64,000 nucleotides of DNA from Candidatus Nomurabacteria bacterium (GCA_020632155.1 JACKGE010000001.1:381302-445301), one strand, 5' to 3'. Shown: positions 54,789 through 64,000, numbered from the stretch's first letter. Made by a program: numbers and translations. The notes: a model not told the origin generated them from the letters alone.

Positions 54789-55376
54789 ATGGAGATCAGT
54801 TCTACACAAATAAAGGAGTTACGCGACCAGACCGGCATCTCAGTGATGCAGTGTAAGAAAGCACTTGAAGAAGCTGATGGTGATATGGCTAAGGCTTTGG
54901 TCATTCTTAAGAAAAAGCGCAGCGAAGCAGCCGAAAAGAAATCTGACCGTGAGCTTGGTGCCGGTACGATTGGCGTCTATGTACACAACACGAATGAAGT
55001 GGCTGCATTTGTAAAACTTGCGTCTGAGACTGATTTCGTATCAAAGAATGAAGAGTTTGTGAAATTGGCTAATGATATTGCCATGCACGTCGCCGCTATG
55101 AATCCAAAGTACATTGCTCGCGACGAAGTTGATGCTGAAGCTATGGAAGCCGCCAAGGCAGTGTTTGCTGAGGAGGTCAAAGACAAGCCGGCTGAAATGC
55201 AAGAAAAGATAATGGAAGGTAAGTTGGCAGCTTATTTCAAAGATCAGATACTCCTTGAGCAGCCATTTGTGAAGAATCCGGATATGACCATTGGTGAAAT
55301 GGTCTCTGGAGCGGTCCAGAAATTCGGTGAGAATGTCACTCTTGTAGAGGTGCAGCGCATGTCCATTAAGGGATGA
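54789..55376 (+). CDS. tsf: elongation factor Ts (short form)
   Basis: TQIKELRDQTGISVMQCKKALEEADGDMAKALVILKKK is the UBA-like N-domain of EF-Ts. Immediately downstream of rpsB, the conserved order. Confidence 0.9.
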   Translation: MEISSTQIKELRDQTGISVMQCKKALEEADGDMAKALVILKKKRSEAAEKKSDRELGAGTIGVYVHNTNEVAAFVKLASETDFVSKNEEFVKLANDIAMHVAAMNPKYIARDEVDAEAMEAAKAVFAEEVKDKPAEMQEKIMEGKLAAYFKDQILLEQPFVKNPDMTIGEMVSGAVQKFGENVTLVEVQRMSIKG

Positions 55377-55389
55377 TGAACACTAAGAC

Positions 55390-55424
55390 GCAAAAGTGCC
55401 GACCCTTTGGGTCGGCACTTTTGC
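55390..55424 (+). terminator. rho-independent terminator after tsf
   Basis: GCAAAAGTGCCGACCCtttgGGTCGGCACTTTTGC. Confidence 0.8.
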
Positions 55425-55468
55425 GTCCGCCGACTCTCTTGGTACAATGTCAGAAACATTAACGAATC

Positions 55469-55888
55469 ATGAGCACCAGTCTTATCGTATTGTTATCCTC
55501 AGGCGGCGTTATAGTGCTCTGTATGACGGTCTTTCGTCTTGAAGCACAGCGAGGCACTAGGTTAGTTGGTGCTGGTTGGCGTGGTCAGCTTGATCGGGGC
55601 CTTGAATTAGTAGTGCAACGTACGACTCATCTCGGTATTCATTTTGGTACAGGAGCAGTGCGACTGGCGCTTCATTTTGTCATTCATAAAGCACTAGCAA
55701 TTATGTTGGGTGGTTTACGTTGGTTTGAGAAAGGGGTTGCACTCATGCAGCAGAATAATCGCCGAGTAGCTAAGACCATTCGTGACGAGCAGCGTAAGAC
55801 ACACCTCCATGTTATTGCAGAACACAAAGAATCAAGCGCGCTTACAGAGAAGCAAAAACAAAAGTTAAAAGCGCAGGCAATCGAGTAG
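55469..55888 (+). CDS. hypothetical small membrane-anchored protein
   Basis: 139 aa. N-terminal hydrophobic helix LIVLLSSGGVIVLCMTVF. No recognisable family. Confidence 0.35.
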   Translation: MSTSLIVLLSSGGVIVLCMTVFRLEAQRGTRLVGAGWRGQLDRGLELVVQRTTHLGIHFGTGAVRLALHFVIHKALAIMLGGLRWFEKGVALMQQNNRRVAKTIRDEQRKTHLHVIAEHKESSALTEKQKQKLKAQAIE

Positions 55889-55924
55889 ACCCTAACCACC
55901 TTCACTAAGGTAGTGGACACCTTT

Positions 55925-55995
55925 AAAATCTGAGAGGTGAGTCAGTCTGGGTGACTGATGAACGAGAGGACTCGTGACGACCCACGGTTTACAAA
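55925..55995 (-). pseudogene. degenerate partial copy of the 3' half of tRNA-Thr plus its downstream flank
   Basis: 55902..55995 and 56027..56115 are tandem ~125-bp repeats sharing CTAACCACCTTCACTAA...CTGAGAG...GACGACCCACGGTTTACAAA(A)CC. Copy 1 lacks the tRNA 5' half and has a diverged T-arm. Confidence 0.45.
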
Positions 55996-56069
55996 CCTTG
56001 AGACAGTTTCCCAAACTGTTTCAACTCTAACCACCTTCACTAATGTGGCAGATACGTTTAAACCCTGAG

Positions 56070-56142
56070 AGCCACCTGTCAGACTCGAACTGACGACCCA
56101 CGGTTTACAAAACCGTTGCTCTACCAACTGAGCTAAGGTGGC
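56070..56142 (-). tRNA. tRNA-Thr (anticodon TGT)
   Basis: Reverse complement GCCACCTTAGCTCAGTTGGTAGAGCAACGGTTTTGTAAACCGTGGGTCGTCAGTTCGAGTCTGACAGGTGGCT folds as a 73-nt cloverleaf. 7-bp acceptor, D-arm GCTC/GAGC, anticodon stem ACGGT/ACCGT with loop TTTGTAA, T-arm GTCAG-TTCGAGT-CTGAC. No encoded CCA. Confidence 0.85.
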
Positions 56143-56265
56143 TCTCAGGGTTTAAAACCGGAAGCGATACTATGAAAGTCGGCACATTATGGCCAAAATG
56201 ACCAAAAAATGCAAGGAATAAGGTTTTAATTTGGCTATTTTTGGAGTATACTCGCCTTACTGTAT

Positions 56266-57828
56266 ATGGACAACAAGGAGCATTTATTACCGTATGCTAG
56301 GCGCGATGATTTTAAGGTTGCCCGCGCCAGCGAACTCACAAATCCGAAAGATCGCCGATTCTACCGTCTGCTTGAGATACTACCCGGTCTCACCTCTTGG
56401 ATCATCTTGATTGGTGTGGTCTTAGCGGCTATTTACGCCTCATTCATCGCCGCTTATTTCATCATTGCCTTTGCCGTGTATTGGGTCATGAAGACGTTCT
56501 TCCTCTCGTATCATGTTCGGTATAACTGGCGACGTTTGCGGCACCATATGGAGCTCGACTGGGCCCAGCTTGTGGCGCGATTTGAGTATAATCATATGTA
56601 CCACCTTGTGGTGTTGCCGTTTTATCATGAGCCGGTGGAGGTCATTGACGGTGCCCTTAAGGGACTCTCGGAATCAAAGTACGACAACAAAAAACTGCTC
56701 GTGGTCTTGGCTGCGGAAGAGCGGGCGGGCGAGCAGGCACGTATGGATGCTGCAGCCATGGAAGAGAAGTGGCACGGCACCTTTGGCGCGTTTTTAACGA
56801 CGGTGCATCCGGCAGATGTGGTCGGGGAGATCGCCGGTAAAGGATCAAACACCCATTACGCTCTTCATCAGGCCCGCGAACATATTCTTGACGCCCTACA
56901 TATTAACTATAAGGATGTCCTTGTCTCAATCTTTGATATTGATACGGTTGTCTATCCGGACTACTTCAATTGTCTTATTTGGCACTTTATGACCGCTGAG
57001 CGGCCGTACAAATCTGCCTACCAGCCAGTGCCGCTCTTTACCAACAATCTCTGGGAGGCCCCAGCCGTGTCGCGGGTGATGGCAATGTCGAGTACGTTTT
57101 GGCAGATGATCATGCAGGAGCGACCGGATCGAGCAGCTACCTTTTCCTCTCATTCGGTCAGTTTCCAAGCGCTCTATGAGATTGGGTACGGTCAGGCGAA
57201 CGTCGTCAGTGAAGACTCACGTATCTACTGGAATCTTTTGCTGGCAAACGACGGTAGTTTTGATGTGGTCTCTCTCTCGTACCCGATTGCTATGGACGCA
57301 ACAGTGGCTCACAGTAATTGGGGAACAATCAAGAACATCTACCGTCAGCACCGCCGTTGGACGTATGGCGTCGAGAACTGGGTCTATCTCATGTATCATT
57401 TTTCCAAACACACCAAGATGCCGTTTAAGAAACGCCTCTCCATTGCGTTTATTCAGGGTGAAGGGTACTCGTCACTCGTCACTAACCCACTCATCCTCTT
57501 TTGTCTTGGTTGGTTGCCGGTCTTCTTAGGTACACAGGAATTTCACCAGACCGTCCTCTCATACGAACTACCGATTGTGGTAAGGAATCTCCTTACGTTT
57601 GCGATGGCCGGGCTCATTCTTTCTGCCATTATCTCTTTATCACTCACACCACCGCGGCCTGATGGACATAGTCGTTTTCGGTATGTGGTTATGGCAGTGC
57701 AGTGGATCATGGTACCGATCACTATGATCGTCTTTAGCGCCATCCCCGGCCTTGATGCTCAAACTAGATTGATGTTTGGTAAGTACATGGGCTTTTGGGT
57801 AACGCCAAAACGTGTTAAAAAGGCCTAA
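56266..57828 (+). CDS. membrane-embedded processive family-2 glycosyltransferase (cellulose/chitin/hyaluronan synthase-like)
   Basis: N-terminal TM helices, cytoplasmic GT-A domain with DxD-type motifs (FDIDTV), and QHRRWTYG (Q(Q/R)xRW processivity motif), followed by C-terminal TM helices. 520 aa. Confidence 0.75.
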   Translation: MDNKEHLLPYARRDDFKVARASELTNPKDRRFYRLLEILPGLTSWIILIGVVLAAIYASFIAAYFIIAFAVYWVMKTFFLSYHVRYNWRRLRHHMELDWAQLVARFEYNHMYHLVVLPFYHEPVEVIDGALKGLSESKYDNKKLLVVLAAEERAGEQARMDAAAMEEKWHGTFGAFLTTVHPADVVGEIAGKGSNTHYALHQAREHILDALHINYKDVLVSIFDIDTVVYPDYFNCLIWHFMTAERPYKSAYQPVPLFTNNLWEAPAVSRVMAMSSTFWQMIMQERPDRAATFSSHSVSFQALYEIGYGQANVVSEDSRIYWNLLLANDGSFDVVSLSYPIAMDATVAHSNWGTIKNIYRQHRRWTYGVENWVYLMYHFSKHTKMPFKKRLSIAFIQGEGYSSLVTNPLILFCLGWLPVFLGTQEFHQTVLSYELPIVVRNLLTFAMAGLILSAIISLSLTPPRPDGHSRFRYVVMAVQWIMVPITMIVFSAIPGLDAQTRLMFGKYMGFWVTPKRVKKA

Positions 57829-57836
57829 CTAAACGT

Positions 57837-59006
57837 ATGCCAAACGAACCACAAGTCGGCCTTTTGCCTCTTCATCATCGAAAACTCATATTCTGGACTC
57901 TCGTCTGTCTTTTTTTGGGTGTCTTGCCATTGGCGATTCTCTACACCTCCGGTTACCGCTTTGTTGAGTCCGATGATGGGCAGCGAGTACTGGCCACAAC
58001 GGGTGGTGCCTATATTGCCGTTCAGAACCCCGCCGTCGAACTGTATGTGAACGGTGTCATTCCACAGGACCGCCGACCATTCAGTAGCGCCTTCTACGTG
58101 CAAGGGTATGATGAAGGAGTCTATAATTTCCATACCCAAGGAGAAGGGCTCGAAACGTGGGTTAAGAACATCGCTATCTACCCCCAGATCGTCACCCAAG
58201 CAGCCTCATTTAATCTACCGAAAGTGCCACAGGTACGAGTCATTACCCCGTGGCAGACTTCTGCCGGAGAGGCAGTGGTGATGGTGCGCTCAACCACTAC
58301 GAGGCCGTTTTCGTTTGCTTCTACTAGTAACGCGATTATCGCTACAACTTCACGGGCCACCACTACGCTGGCGGTAAGTGATGAATACACGCTTTTTGCT
58401 ACCCGTTTTGCGTCAACGTCAGCAGAGTGGGCAGCAGTCAAAGCTGGCAAGTTACAAATCGTGGAGCCAGAGGAACGGTTTCAATTTGTGCCGGTACCAC
58501 GTATTGCGACCACAACATTGGTGCTTGCGACCTCCACCAAAGAATGGAATAACACCAAGCTGTATGAAGACAACGGGGAAGTATATGCTCGTTGGATCGG
58601 AGGTGAGAAAGATATCCCGTATTACTACTGTCTGACCTTTGAATCGCCCGCAACCACGAGTTACAAATATGGTGAGCATGTGTATGCGGCGCTGGCAGCG
58701 CAGTATGCAAGCTCAAGTGATGCTCGTATGGCAGGATTTGCTGGGGAACGTCTCTGTCGCAGCGATATACGGATCGATCGTAAATGGCAAGAGGTGATTT
58801 GGTTTGACTTTCTGCCGAATCGAAGTGACCTTGTGCTCATGCTCTTAGAGGATGGTCTCTATGTCGTTGAGATCGACGATCGCTCGTGGCAGAACGTCCA
58901 GTTGCTCTACCCCGGCACTGACCTTGTGGTACTGCTTGATGCTGGTCGCGTCATGGTAAAAGACGGTGAGTACATTTTGGAGGTCTTTACCGACCTGATA
59001 CAGTAG
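57837..59006 (+). CDS. hypothetical N-terminally membrane-anchored extracytoplasmic protein, co-transcribed with the GT2 synthase
   Basis: 389 aa. TM helix IFWTLVCLFLGVLPLAILY. Start 9 nt after the synthase stop. Confidence 0.5.
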   Translation: MPNEPQVGLLPLHHRKLIFWTLVCLFLGVLPLAILYTSGYRFVESDDGQRVLATTGGAYIAVQNPAVELYVNGVIPQDRRPFSSAFYVQGYDEGVYNFHTQGEGLETWVKNIAIYPQIVTQAASFNLPKVPQVRVITPWQTSAGEAVVMVRSTTTRPFSFASTSNAIIATTSRATTTLAVSDEYTLFATRFASTSAEWAAVKAGKLQIVEPEERFQFVPVPRIATTTLVLATSTKEWNNTKLYEDNGEVYARWIGGEKDIPYYYCLTFESPATTSYKYGEHVYAALAAQYASSSDARMAGFAGERLCRSDIRIDRKWQEVIWFDFLPNRSDLVLMLLEDGLYVVEIDDRSWQNVQLLYPGTDLVVLLDAGRVMVKDGEYILEVFTDLIQ

Positions 59007-59028
59007 GGTATAACCAGCGCACCTAGTT

Positions 59029-59751
59029 ATGATCAAACAAATTGGCCACAAACACCCACTATCGCAGATGATTGCGGAGATCAACAGTATCTTCTCCGAG
59101 ATCGGTTTTGTGTTTGCGGAAGGCCCGGAGGCAGAGACTGAACACTATAACTTCGACCAATTGAACTTCCCGCCAGACCACCCAGCACGGGACATGCAGG
59201 ACACCTTCTTCTTTAAAGCTGCTGACACAAAAGAACCAATGGTCTTGCGTACCCATACTAGTCCAGTCCAAAGTCGGTATCTCGAAACACACGAGCCGCC
59301 GGTGCGCGTCATTGTGCCTGGAAAGGTATTTCGTAACGAAGCTACCGACGCCACTCACGAAGCCCAATTCTTTCAACTTGAGGGACTGTATGTCGATGAG
59401 AGCGTGCATCTGGGGCACCTCAAAGGCACCATTGAGTACTTCTTTTCAAAATTCTTCAGCGGCAATGTCGAGGTGCGTTTTCGCCCGAGTTTCTTTCCGT
59501 TCGTGGAGCCGGGGGTTGAGGTTGATATGATGCTGAAAGATAGTGACAGTAAGCTTGCCAATAAATGGATTGAGGTCATGGGTGCCGGTATGGTACACCC
59601 AAATGTGCTGTCTGCGGCTGGCGTTGATCCAACCAAGTACTCTGGCTTTGCCTTTGGGATGGGTATCGATCGCTTGGCGGTCATGAAGTATGGCATCAGT
59701 GATATTCGTGACATGTATTCTGGTGACCTGCGCTTCGTTAATCAATTTTAA
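59029..59751 (+). CDS. pheS: phenylalanine--tRNA ligase alpha subunit (short form lacking N-terminal extension)
   Basis: HPARDMQDTFF...VLRTHTSPVQSRYLE...FRPSFFPFVEPGVEVD...GFAFGMGIDRLAMM class II aaRS motifs 1-3. 240 aa. Confidence 0.9.
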   Translation: MIKQIGHKHPLSQMIAEINSIFSEIGFVFAEGPEAETEHYNFDQLNFPPDHPARDMQDTFFFKAADTKEPMVLRTHTSPVQSRYLETHEPPVRVIVPGKVFRNEATDATHEAQFFQLEGLYVDESVHLGHLKGTIEYFFSKFFSGNVEVRFRPSFFPFVEPGVEVDMMLKDSDSKLANKWIEVMGAGMVHPNVLSAAGVDPTKYSGFAFGMGIDRLAVMKYGISDIRDMYSGDLRFVNQF

Positions 59752-59756
59752 GTATT

Positions 59757-61691
59757 ATGATAGTTTCGTACGCATGGCTTAAAGATTTTCTTGGTGATAC
59801 CACCCCTTCGGCTGAGGAAGTAGCTCGTCTTTTAGGTGAGCACGCGTTTGAGATTGAGGGAGTGGAGGAGGTTGAGGGTGACACGGTCATTGATGTTGAT
59901 GTGCTACCAAATCGTTCTAGTGATTGTCTTTCACATCGTGGTATTGCGCGGGAAATCGCCACCCTCATCAACACTCCACTTGTGTATGACCCATTACATG
60001 AAGTGCTAGACCTACCCCAAACGGATGCCATTGTCGTTGATATCGCAGATACCACCGCCTGTCCGCGCTTCACTGCTGCACTTATGACCGGTATTGAGGT
60101 TAAAGAATCACCGGCATGGTTGCAAGCGCGACTTAAGGCATTGGGGCAGCGCTCCATCAATAATATTGTTGATGCTACCAACTACGTCATGTATGCACTG
60201 GGGCAGCCACTCCATGCGTACGATGCGGGTAAGTTTCCCCAAACAGGAGGGAAGTGGCAGTTCGAGGTTCGCTTTGCTCGTGAAGGGGAAGTAGTTAGTC
60301 TGCTCGCTGAAGGTGGTAAAGAAGAAGATAGGGACGTTACGCTGACTGGTAGCGAGCTTCTTATCGTTGATGGTAGCTCAGATACACCGATCGGCCTTGC
60401 TGGTGTCAAAGGTGGTCGCTTTGCCGGTGTTGATAGCACCACTACCGATATCATTGTGGAAGCAGCTCACTTTGACCCAATACTGACGCGCAAGACGGCG
60501 CGCGGGCTTGGTATTGTCATCGATGCTAGTAAACGCTTTGAAAACGAACCATCTCGCGAGCTGCCACTATATGCTCAGACAGAGATCATCAAACTCATTA
60601 CTGATATTGCTGGGGGTTCTTGCGAAGGAATAGTTGATATCTACCCCGAGCCATACGCACCTACCGTCGTGGCTGTCGAACCGACTCGGGTAAATCGCCT
60701 TCTTGGTCTGTCGCTAGAGAGTAGTGAGATGGTGTCGATTCTAGAACGAGCTGGCATCACAGTGGAAGAAAAAGACAGGCAACTACTCTGCACCGGACCA
60801 TGGGAACGTACTGACCTTACGATTGCTGAAGATTTTATCGAAGAGATTGGCCGTATCTATGGTTATGACCATGTGCAGTCCGTGGTGCCAGAGACGGTAC
60901 CGCTTACTGAGCTCAATGTACGCCATTACTACAGCGAGAAGGTGCGCGAGACACTCATTGACCTTGGTTTCTCGGAGGTCATTACCTCATCGTTTCGGAA
61001 AAAAGACGAGATACAGCTCCGTAATGCCCTCGCCAGTGACAAATCATACATGCGTTCAACACTTCGCAAGAATATCGCTGAGACGCTCGACAAGAACGCT
61101 GGTTTTGTTGATTTGCTTGGAGCGGCAGATACGCGCGTATTTGAAATAGGCACCGTCTTTACCAAAGAGGAAGGAACGGTTAGTGAGCACGTCTCGCTTT
61201 GTGTTGGTGTTCGTCAAAAGGTGAGCGGCTACACTCCTAAAGATGATGCCCTCATAGCAGATGTGGTACGGGCCCTAGAGACAGCACTTGGTGCAGCGTG
61301 CGATTTTACTATTGAAAAGGGCGTGGCTGAACTAAATCTATCTGCGTTGATGAGTGAACTACCAGCGCCTGCTGCGTACGAGCCGGTAACCGTTGCTCCT
61401 GAGATCGCGTACGCTCCGTTTTCGGTCTATCCAGCGGTGACTCGTGACATCGCGCTCTGGGTGCCGGCTGGTACCACCGCAGAAGAAGTAGAAGCTGTTT
61501 TAAATGATAACGCCGGCGAGCTTCGTGTCCGCACCACACTGTTTGATGAGTTTACCAAAGACGACCGTATCTCGTACGCCTTTCGTCTCGTTTTTCAGTC
61601 AAAAGAAAAAACGCTCACCGACAGCGAGGTAAACAGCATCATGGATGCCGTTTACGCCGCCGCCGTTGAGCGCCAGTTTGAGGTCCGGTAA
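59757..61691 (+). CDS. pheT: phenylalanine--tRNA ligase beta subunit (short form)
   Basis: MIVSYAWLKDFLGDTTPSAEEVARLLGEHAFEIEGVEEV...VLPNRSSDCLSHRGIAREIA B3/B4 region and a C-terminal FDX/anticodon-binding domain. 644 aa. Confidence 0.9.
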   Translation: MIVSYAWLKDFLGDTTPSAEEVARLLGEHAFEIEGVEEVEGDTVIDVDVLPNRSSDCLSHRGIAREIATLINTPLVYDPLHEVLDLPQTDAIVVDIADTTACPRFTAALMTGIEVKESPAWLQARLKALGQRSINNIVDATNYVMYALGQPLHAYDAGKFPQTGGKWQFEVRFAREGEVVSLLAEGGKEEDRDVTLTGSELLIVDGSSDTPIGLAGVKGGRFAGVDSTTTDIIVEAAHFDPILTRKTARGLGIVIDASKRFENEPSRELPLYAQTEIIKLITDIAGGSCEGIVDIYPEPYAPTVVAVEPTRVNRLLGLSLESSEMVSILERAGITVEEKDRQLLCTGPWERTDLTIAEDFIEEIGRIYGYDHVQSVVPETVPLTELNVRHYYSEKVRETLIDLGFSEVITSSFRKKDEIQLRNALASDKSYMRSTLRKNIAETLDKNAGFVDLLGAADTRVFEIGTVFTKEEGTVSEHVSLCVGVRQKVSGYTPKDDALIADVVRALETALGAACDFTIEKGVAELNLSALMSELPAPAAYEPVTVAPEIAYAPFSVYPAVTRDIALWVPAGTTAEEVEAVLNDNAGELRVRTTLFDEFTKDDRISYAFRLVFQSKEKTLTDSEVNSIMDAVYAAAVERQFEVR

Positions 61692-61795
61692 CAAACCTCA
61701 CTCCTTACTTGCCCGAACGGTTTTTCAGAGCGTTTGCTGCAAGCGCCATTGAACCAATAGGGGCATTATGTGATTCTTTTTGTGTCCGAATCAGT

Positions 61796-62218
61796 CTAAG
61801 TGCGGGCAGTGGTTTTGGCGAAGAGCTTTTGGAGGTATTCGCTCCATTTGGTGTCTTCTTCCCAGATAGTCGTTTCTCCTGCTTGTTCATATCCGCTCTC
61901 CACTATGGCCAGGGCTAGGTTCAGCCTCGGAGCTGTGTCTGTAAAAGTGATTGCAGCGATGGTTGGCAAAATAGTTTCCAACTGAAAACGATCAAAATTA
62001 ACCATCAGCTCATCAAGGTAGTGCGTAATGACTGTTGTGTTGTTCGGCAAGCGAGCCACATAGTTTGGCTCAAAGTTGGCCCCGAGAGGCACCCAATCCG
62101 CACGCAGTCCCATCAGGTTTGGTTTGCTTGATACCAATACTGATCTTACTCCAAGCAAATATGATCGGTCGCGGCACACCGCTACCGCTTTAATTCGATA
62201 ACGCATCATGGCCTCCAA
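61796..62218 (-). CDS. hypothetical protein
   Basis: 140-aa ORF on the minus strand in an otherwise gene-poor 950-bp gap between pheT and gyrB. No recognisable motif. Confidence 0.3.
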   Translation of the reverse strand: MEAMMRYRIKAVAVCRDRSYLLGVRSVLVSSKPNLMGLRADWVPLGANFEPNYVARLPNNTTVITHYLDELMVNFDRFQLETILPTIAAITFTDTAPRLNLALAIVESGYEQAGETTIWEEDTKWSEYLQKLFAKTTART

Positions 62219-62645
62219 AGTTTGTCCGCGTCAACAATGCCATATTGTGGGCTAATAGACAAGAAAAAAGAGCCGAGGGCAGGGGATGTCCTCGAGCTCT
62301 ACGTGGGGCGACCGCTCAGATTCCTAGTCGGTGCAGAGCATGCCACCAGCAAGACGTTCTGCGAGGTTCCGCAAACGTTCGCGTGCCGCTTTCTTGTCGG
62401 CGGCCTTTTTGCGGCATTGGCTTCCGACGAAATCGATGATACTCATGTTGAATCCTCTGTTTGTATGACCGATAATTTCACCATACTCCCGCGGCTTGTC
62501 TAGCGTCAAGCCGGTGCTGTGCACAACGATTTTAAGCCATATTTTAAGAAATACAGATTAGGCTGAAAAATAAGCAGTTTTCCCCTGCAAAAATGGCTAA
62601 TTTGTGCTAAAATATAGCTCTAATTAAAGATATTTATCCTCATTC

Positions 62646-64000
62646 ATGCCAGCAAAGAAAACCGCCAAGAAGAGTAACGGACACCACTACGATGCATCCT
62701 CTATTTCGGTCCTTGAAGGACTTGATCCGGTTCGTAAACGACCGGGTATGTACATCGGTACTACCGGCCCCGATGGCCTCCATCACCTTATCTGGGAGGT
62801 ATTTGATAACTCACGAGACGAAGCGATGGGCGGTTTTGCTGACCGCGTCGAAGTAGCGTTGTTGCCGGGTGGCTACGTACGTGTTGTCGACAATGGCCGC
62901 GGTATTCCGGTTGATGTTCATAAGCAGACCAAGGTTTCAGCGCTTGAGACCATCCTCACCACACTGCACGCTGGTGGTAAGTTCGGCGGTGACGATTCGG
63001 GTTACAAGGTCTCCGGTGGTCTTCATGGTGTGGGCGTGTCGGTGGTAAATGCGCTTTCGACGCACGTCATTGCCGAGGTACATCGTGATGGTGGGTACTA
63101 TATTCAGGAATACGCTATTGGTAAGCCAAAGGCGAAAGTGAAAAAGGTCGGCCCTTCAAAAATGAACGGCACCATTATCACATTCCAAGCTGACGAGTCT
63201 ATCTTTAAAGAGATTGTGTACGACTACAAGCGCATTGTTAGCCACTTGCGCCAGCAGGCCTACTTAGTAAAGGACATGCGCCTTACGGTCATCGACGCGA
63301 GGGAACTTGATGAAAAAGCGCAGAAGAAACTCGACCTTAAAGGCAAACAGTATCTCGCTGAAGAGCAGCTCGAGGTGCCGCATATGACCTTCTACTTTGA
63401 GGGGGGCCTTCGTTCACTGGTGGCGTTCAATAACCACTACCAAAAGCCGGTCCATAAGAATATTTTTTACGTTGAAAAACAGGATATCGACCCAGCCGTG
63501 TTGTCAGTCGAAGTGGCGCTTCAGTATGTTGATGATATCTCTGCCCGTATTTCAGCCTTTGCGAACAATATCTACAACCCTGAGCACGGTACTCACGTGA
63601 CTGGCTTTAAGACTGCTTTGACTCGGACACTTAACAACTACGCCAAAAAAAATAACTTCATCAAAGAAAAGGACGGTGCCTTTACCGGTGACGACGTACT
63701 TGAAGGTATCACCGCAGTGGTATCGGTAAAGATGCCAGAAATTCAGTTTGAGGGCCAGACCAAAGCCAAACTTGGTTCTGTCGAGGCTCGCGGTGCCGTC
63801 GAAGCGGTCTTTGGTGAGGCGTTTGCACTCTTTCTCGAAGAGAATCCAGACGACGCAAAAGGCATCATAAATAAAGTGGTCATCGCGGTAAAAGCCCGCA
63901 AGGCCGCAAAGGCTGCTAAGGACAGTGTCCTTCGCAAAGGCGCACTGGAAGGAATGTCACTCCCCGGAAAGCTGGCTGACTGTCAAACCAAAAAAGCCGA
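62646..64000 (+). CDS. gyrB: DNA gyrase subunit B, 5' portion (3' end off-window)
   Basis: YDASSISVLEGLDPVRKRPGMYIGTTGPDGLHHLIWEVFDNSRDEAMGG...GGKFGGDDSGYKVSGGLHGVGVSVVNALS (GHKL ATPase motifs). Open to the window edge, so not in the ORF track. Confidence 0.95.
   Translation, partial: MPAKKTAKKSNGHHYDASSISVLEGLDPVRKRPGMYIGTTGPDGLHHLIWEVFDNSRDEAMGGFADRVEVALLPGGYVRVVDNGRGIPVDVHKQTKVSALETILTTLHAGGKFGGDDSGYKVSGGLHGVGVSVVNALSTHVIAEVHRDGGYYIQEYAIGKPKAKVKKVGPSKMNGTIITFQADESIFKEIVYDYKRIVSHLRQQAYLVKDMRLTVIDARELDEKAQKKLDLKGKQYLAEEQLEVPHMTFYFEGGLRSLVAFNNHYQKPVHKNIFYVEKQDIDPAVLSVEVALQYVDDISARISAFANNIYNPEHGTHVTGFKTALTRTLNNYAKKNNFIKEKDGAFTGDDVLEGITAVVSVKMPEIQFEGQTKAKLGSVEARGAVEAVFGEAFALFLEENPDDAKGIINKVVIAVKARKAAKAAKDSVLRKGALEGMSLPGKLADCQTKKA

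Noticed and set aside
62222-62524. Small overlapping ORFs on both strands (93 aa plus-strand, 66 aa minus-strand) upstream of gyrB
   Set aside because: They are mutually overlapping, lack motifs, and lie in a probable gyrB promoter region (TGcTAAAAT extended -10 at ~62606). Coding status cannot be supported from sequence alone.
1-64000. CRISPR arrays, rRNA genes, IS/transposase genes
   Set aside because: No regularly spaced short direct repeats, no rRNA-like conserved blocks, and no transposase/integrase-like ORFs were seen on either strand.

Overview
The window reads as a small-genome bacterial chromosome segment (about 48% GC, almost entirely + strand). Many signatures resemble Candidate Phyla Radiation / Patescibacteria (Saccharibacteria-like), but this lineage call is inference. 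The signatures are N-terminally shortened PheS, PheT, EF-Ts and RF1, a split transketolase, and several type IV pilin paralogs. Reading left to right: (1) 1-14.5 kb, a cell-envelope glycan cluster. It holds three glycosyltransferases, a Wzx-like flippase, an O-antigen-ligase-like protein fused to TPR repeats, and FkbM and class I methyltransferases. It also holds an unusual trio of paralogous N-terminal P-loop (Walker A) proteins, one fused to a GT4 glycosyltransferase, and murB. (2) A lysine/alanine-rich histone-H1-like gene behind a 480-bp repeat-bearing leader, then secA, obg and gatB. (3) 21.3-43 kb, a roughly 21-kb cell-surface locus. Two paralogous membrane-tethered HTH proteins are followed by a giant, internally repetitive tail-fibre-like surface protein (about 12 kb of coding DNA). 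Its 5' part carries a signal peptide and its middle is riddled with frameshifts. It ends in a phage-type intramolecular-chaperone (peptidase S74-like) autocleavage domain. Next come a 995-aa glycine-rich/DUF2341/LamG protein and a four-gene module of secreted or membrane-anchored beta-rich proteins. (4) Central metabolism and translation genes (gap, rpiB, rpe, split tkt with an inserted four-helix-bundle gene, PfkB kinase, rplY, rpmE, prfA, rpsB, tsf, pheST, gyrB). Interleaved with these are three pilin genes sharing nucleotide-identical 5' segments, tRNA-Thr with a degenerate partial duplicate, and a processive GT2 synthase. No CRISPR array, rRNA or recognisable transposase/integrase was seen.
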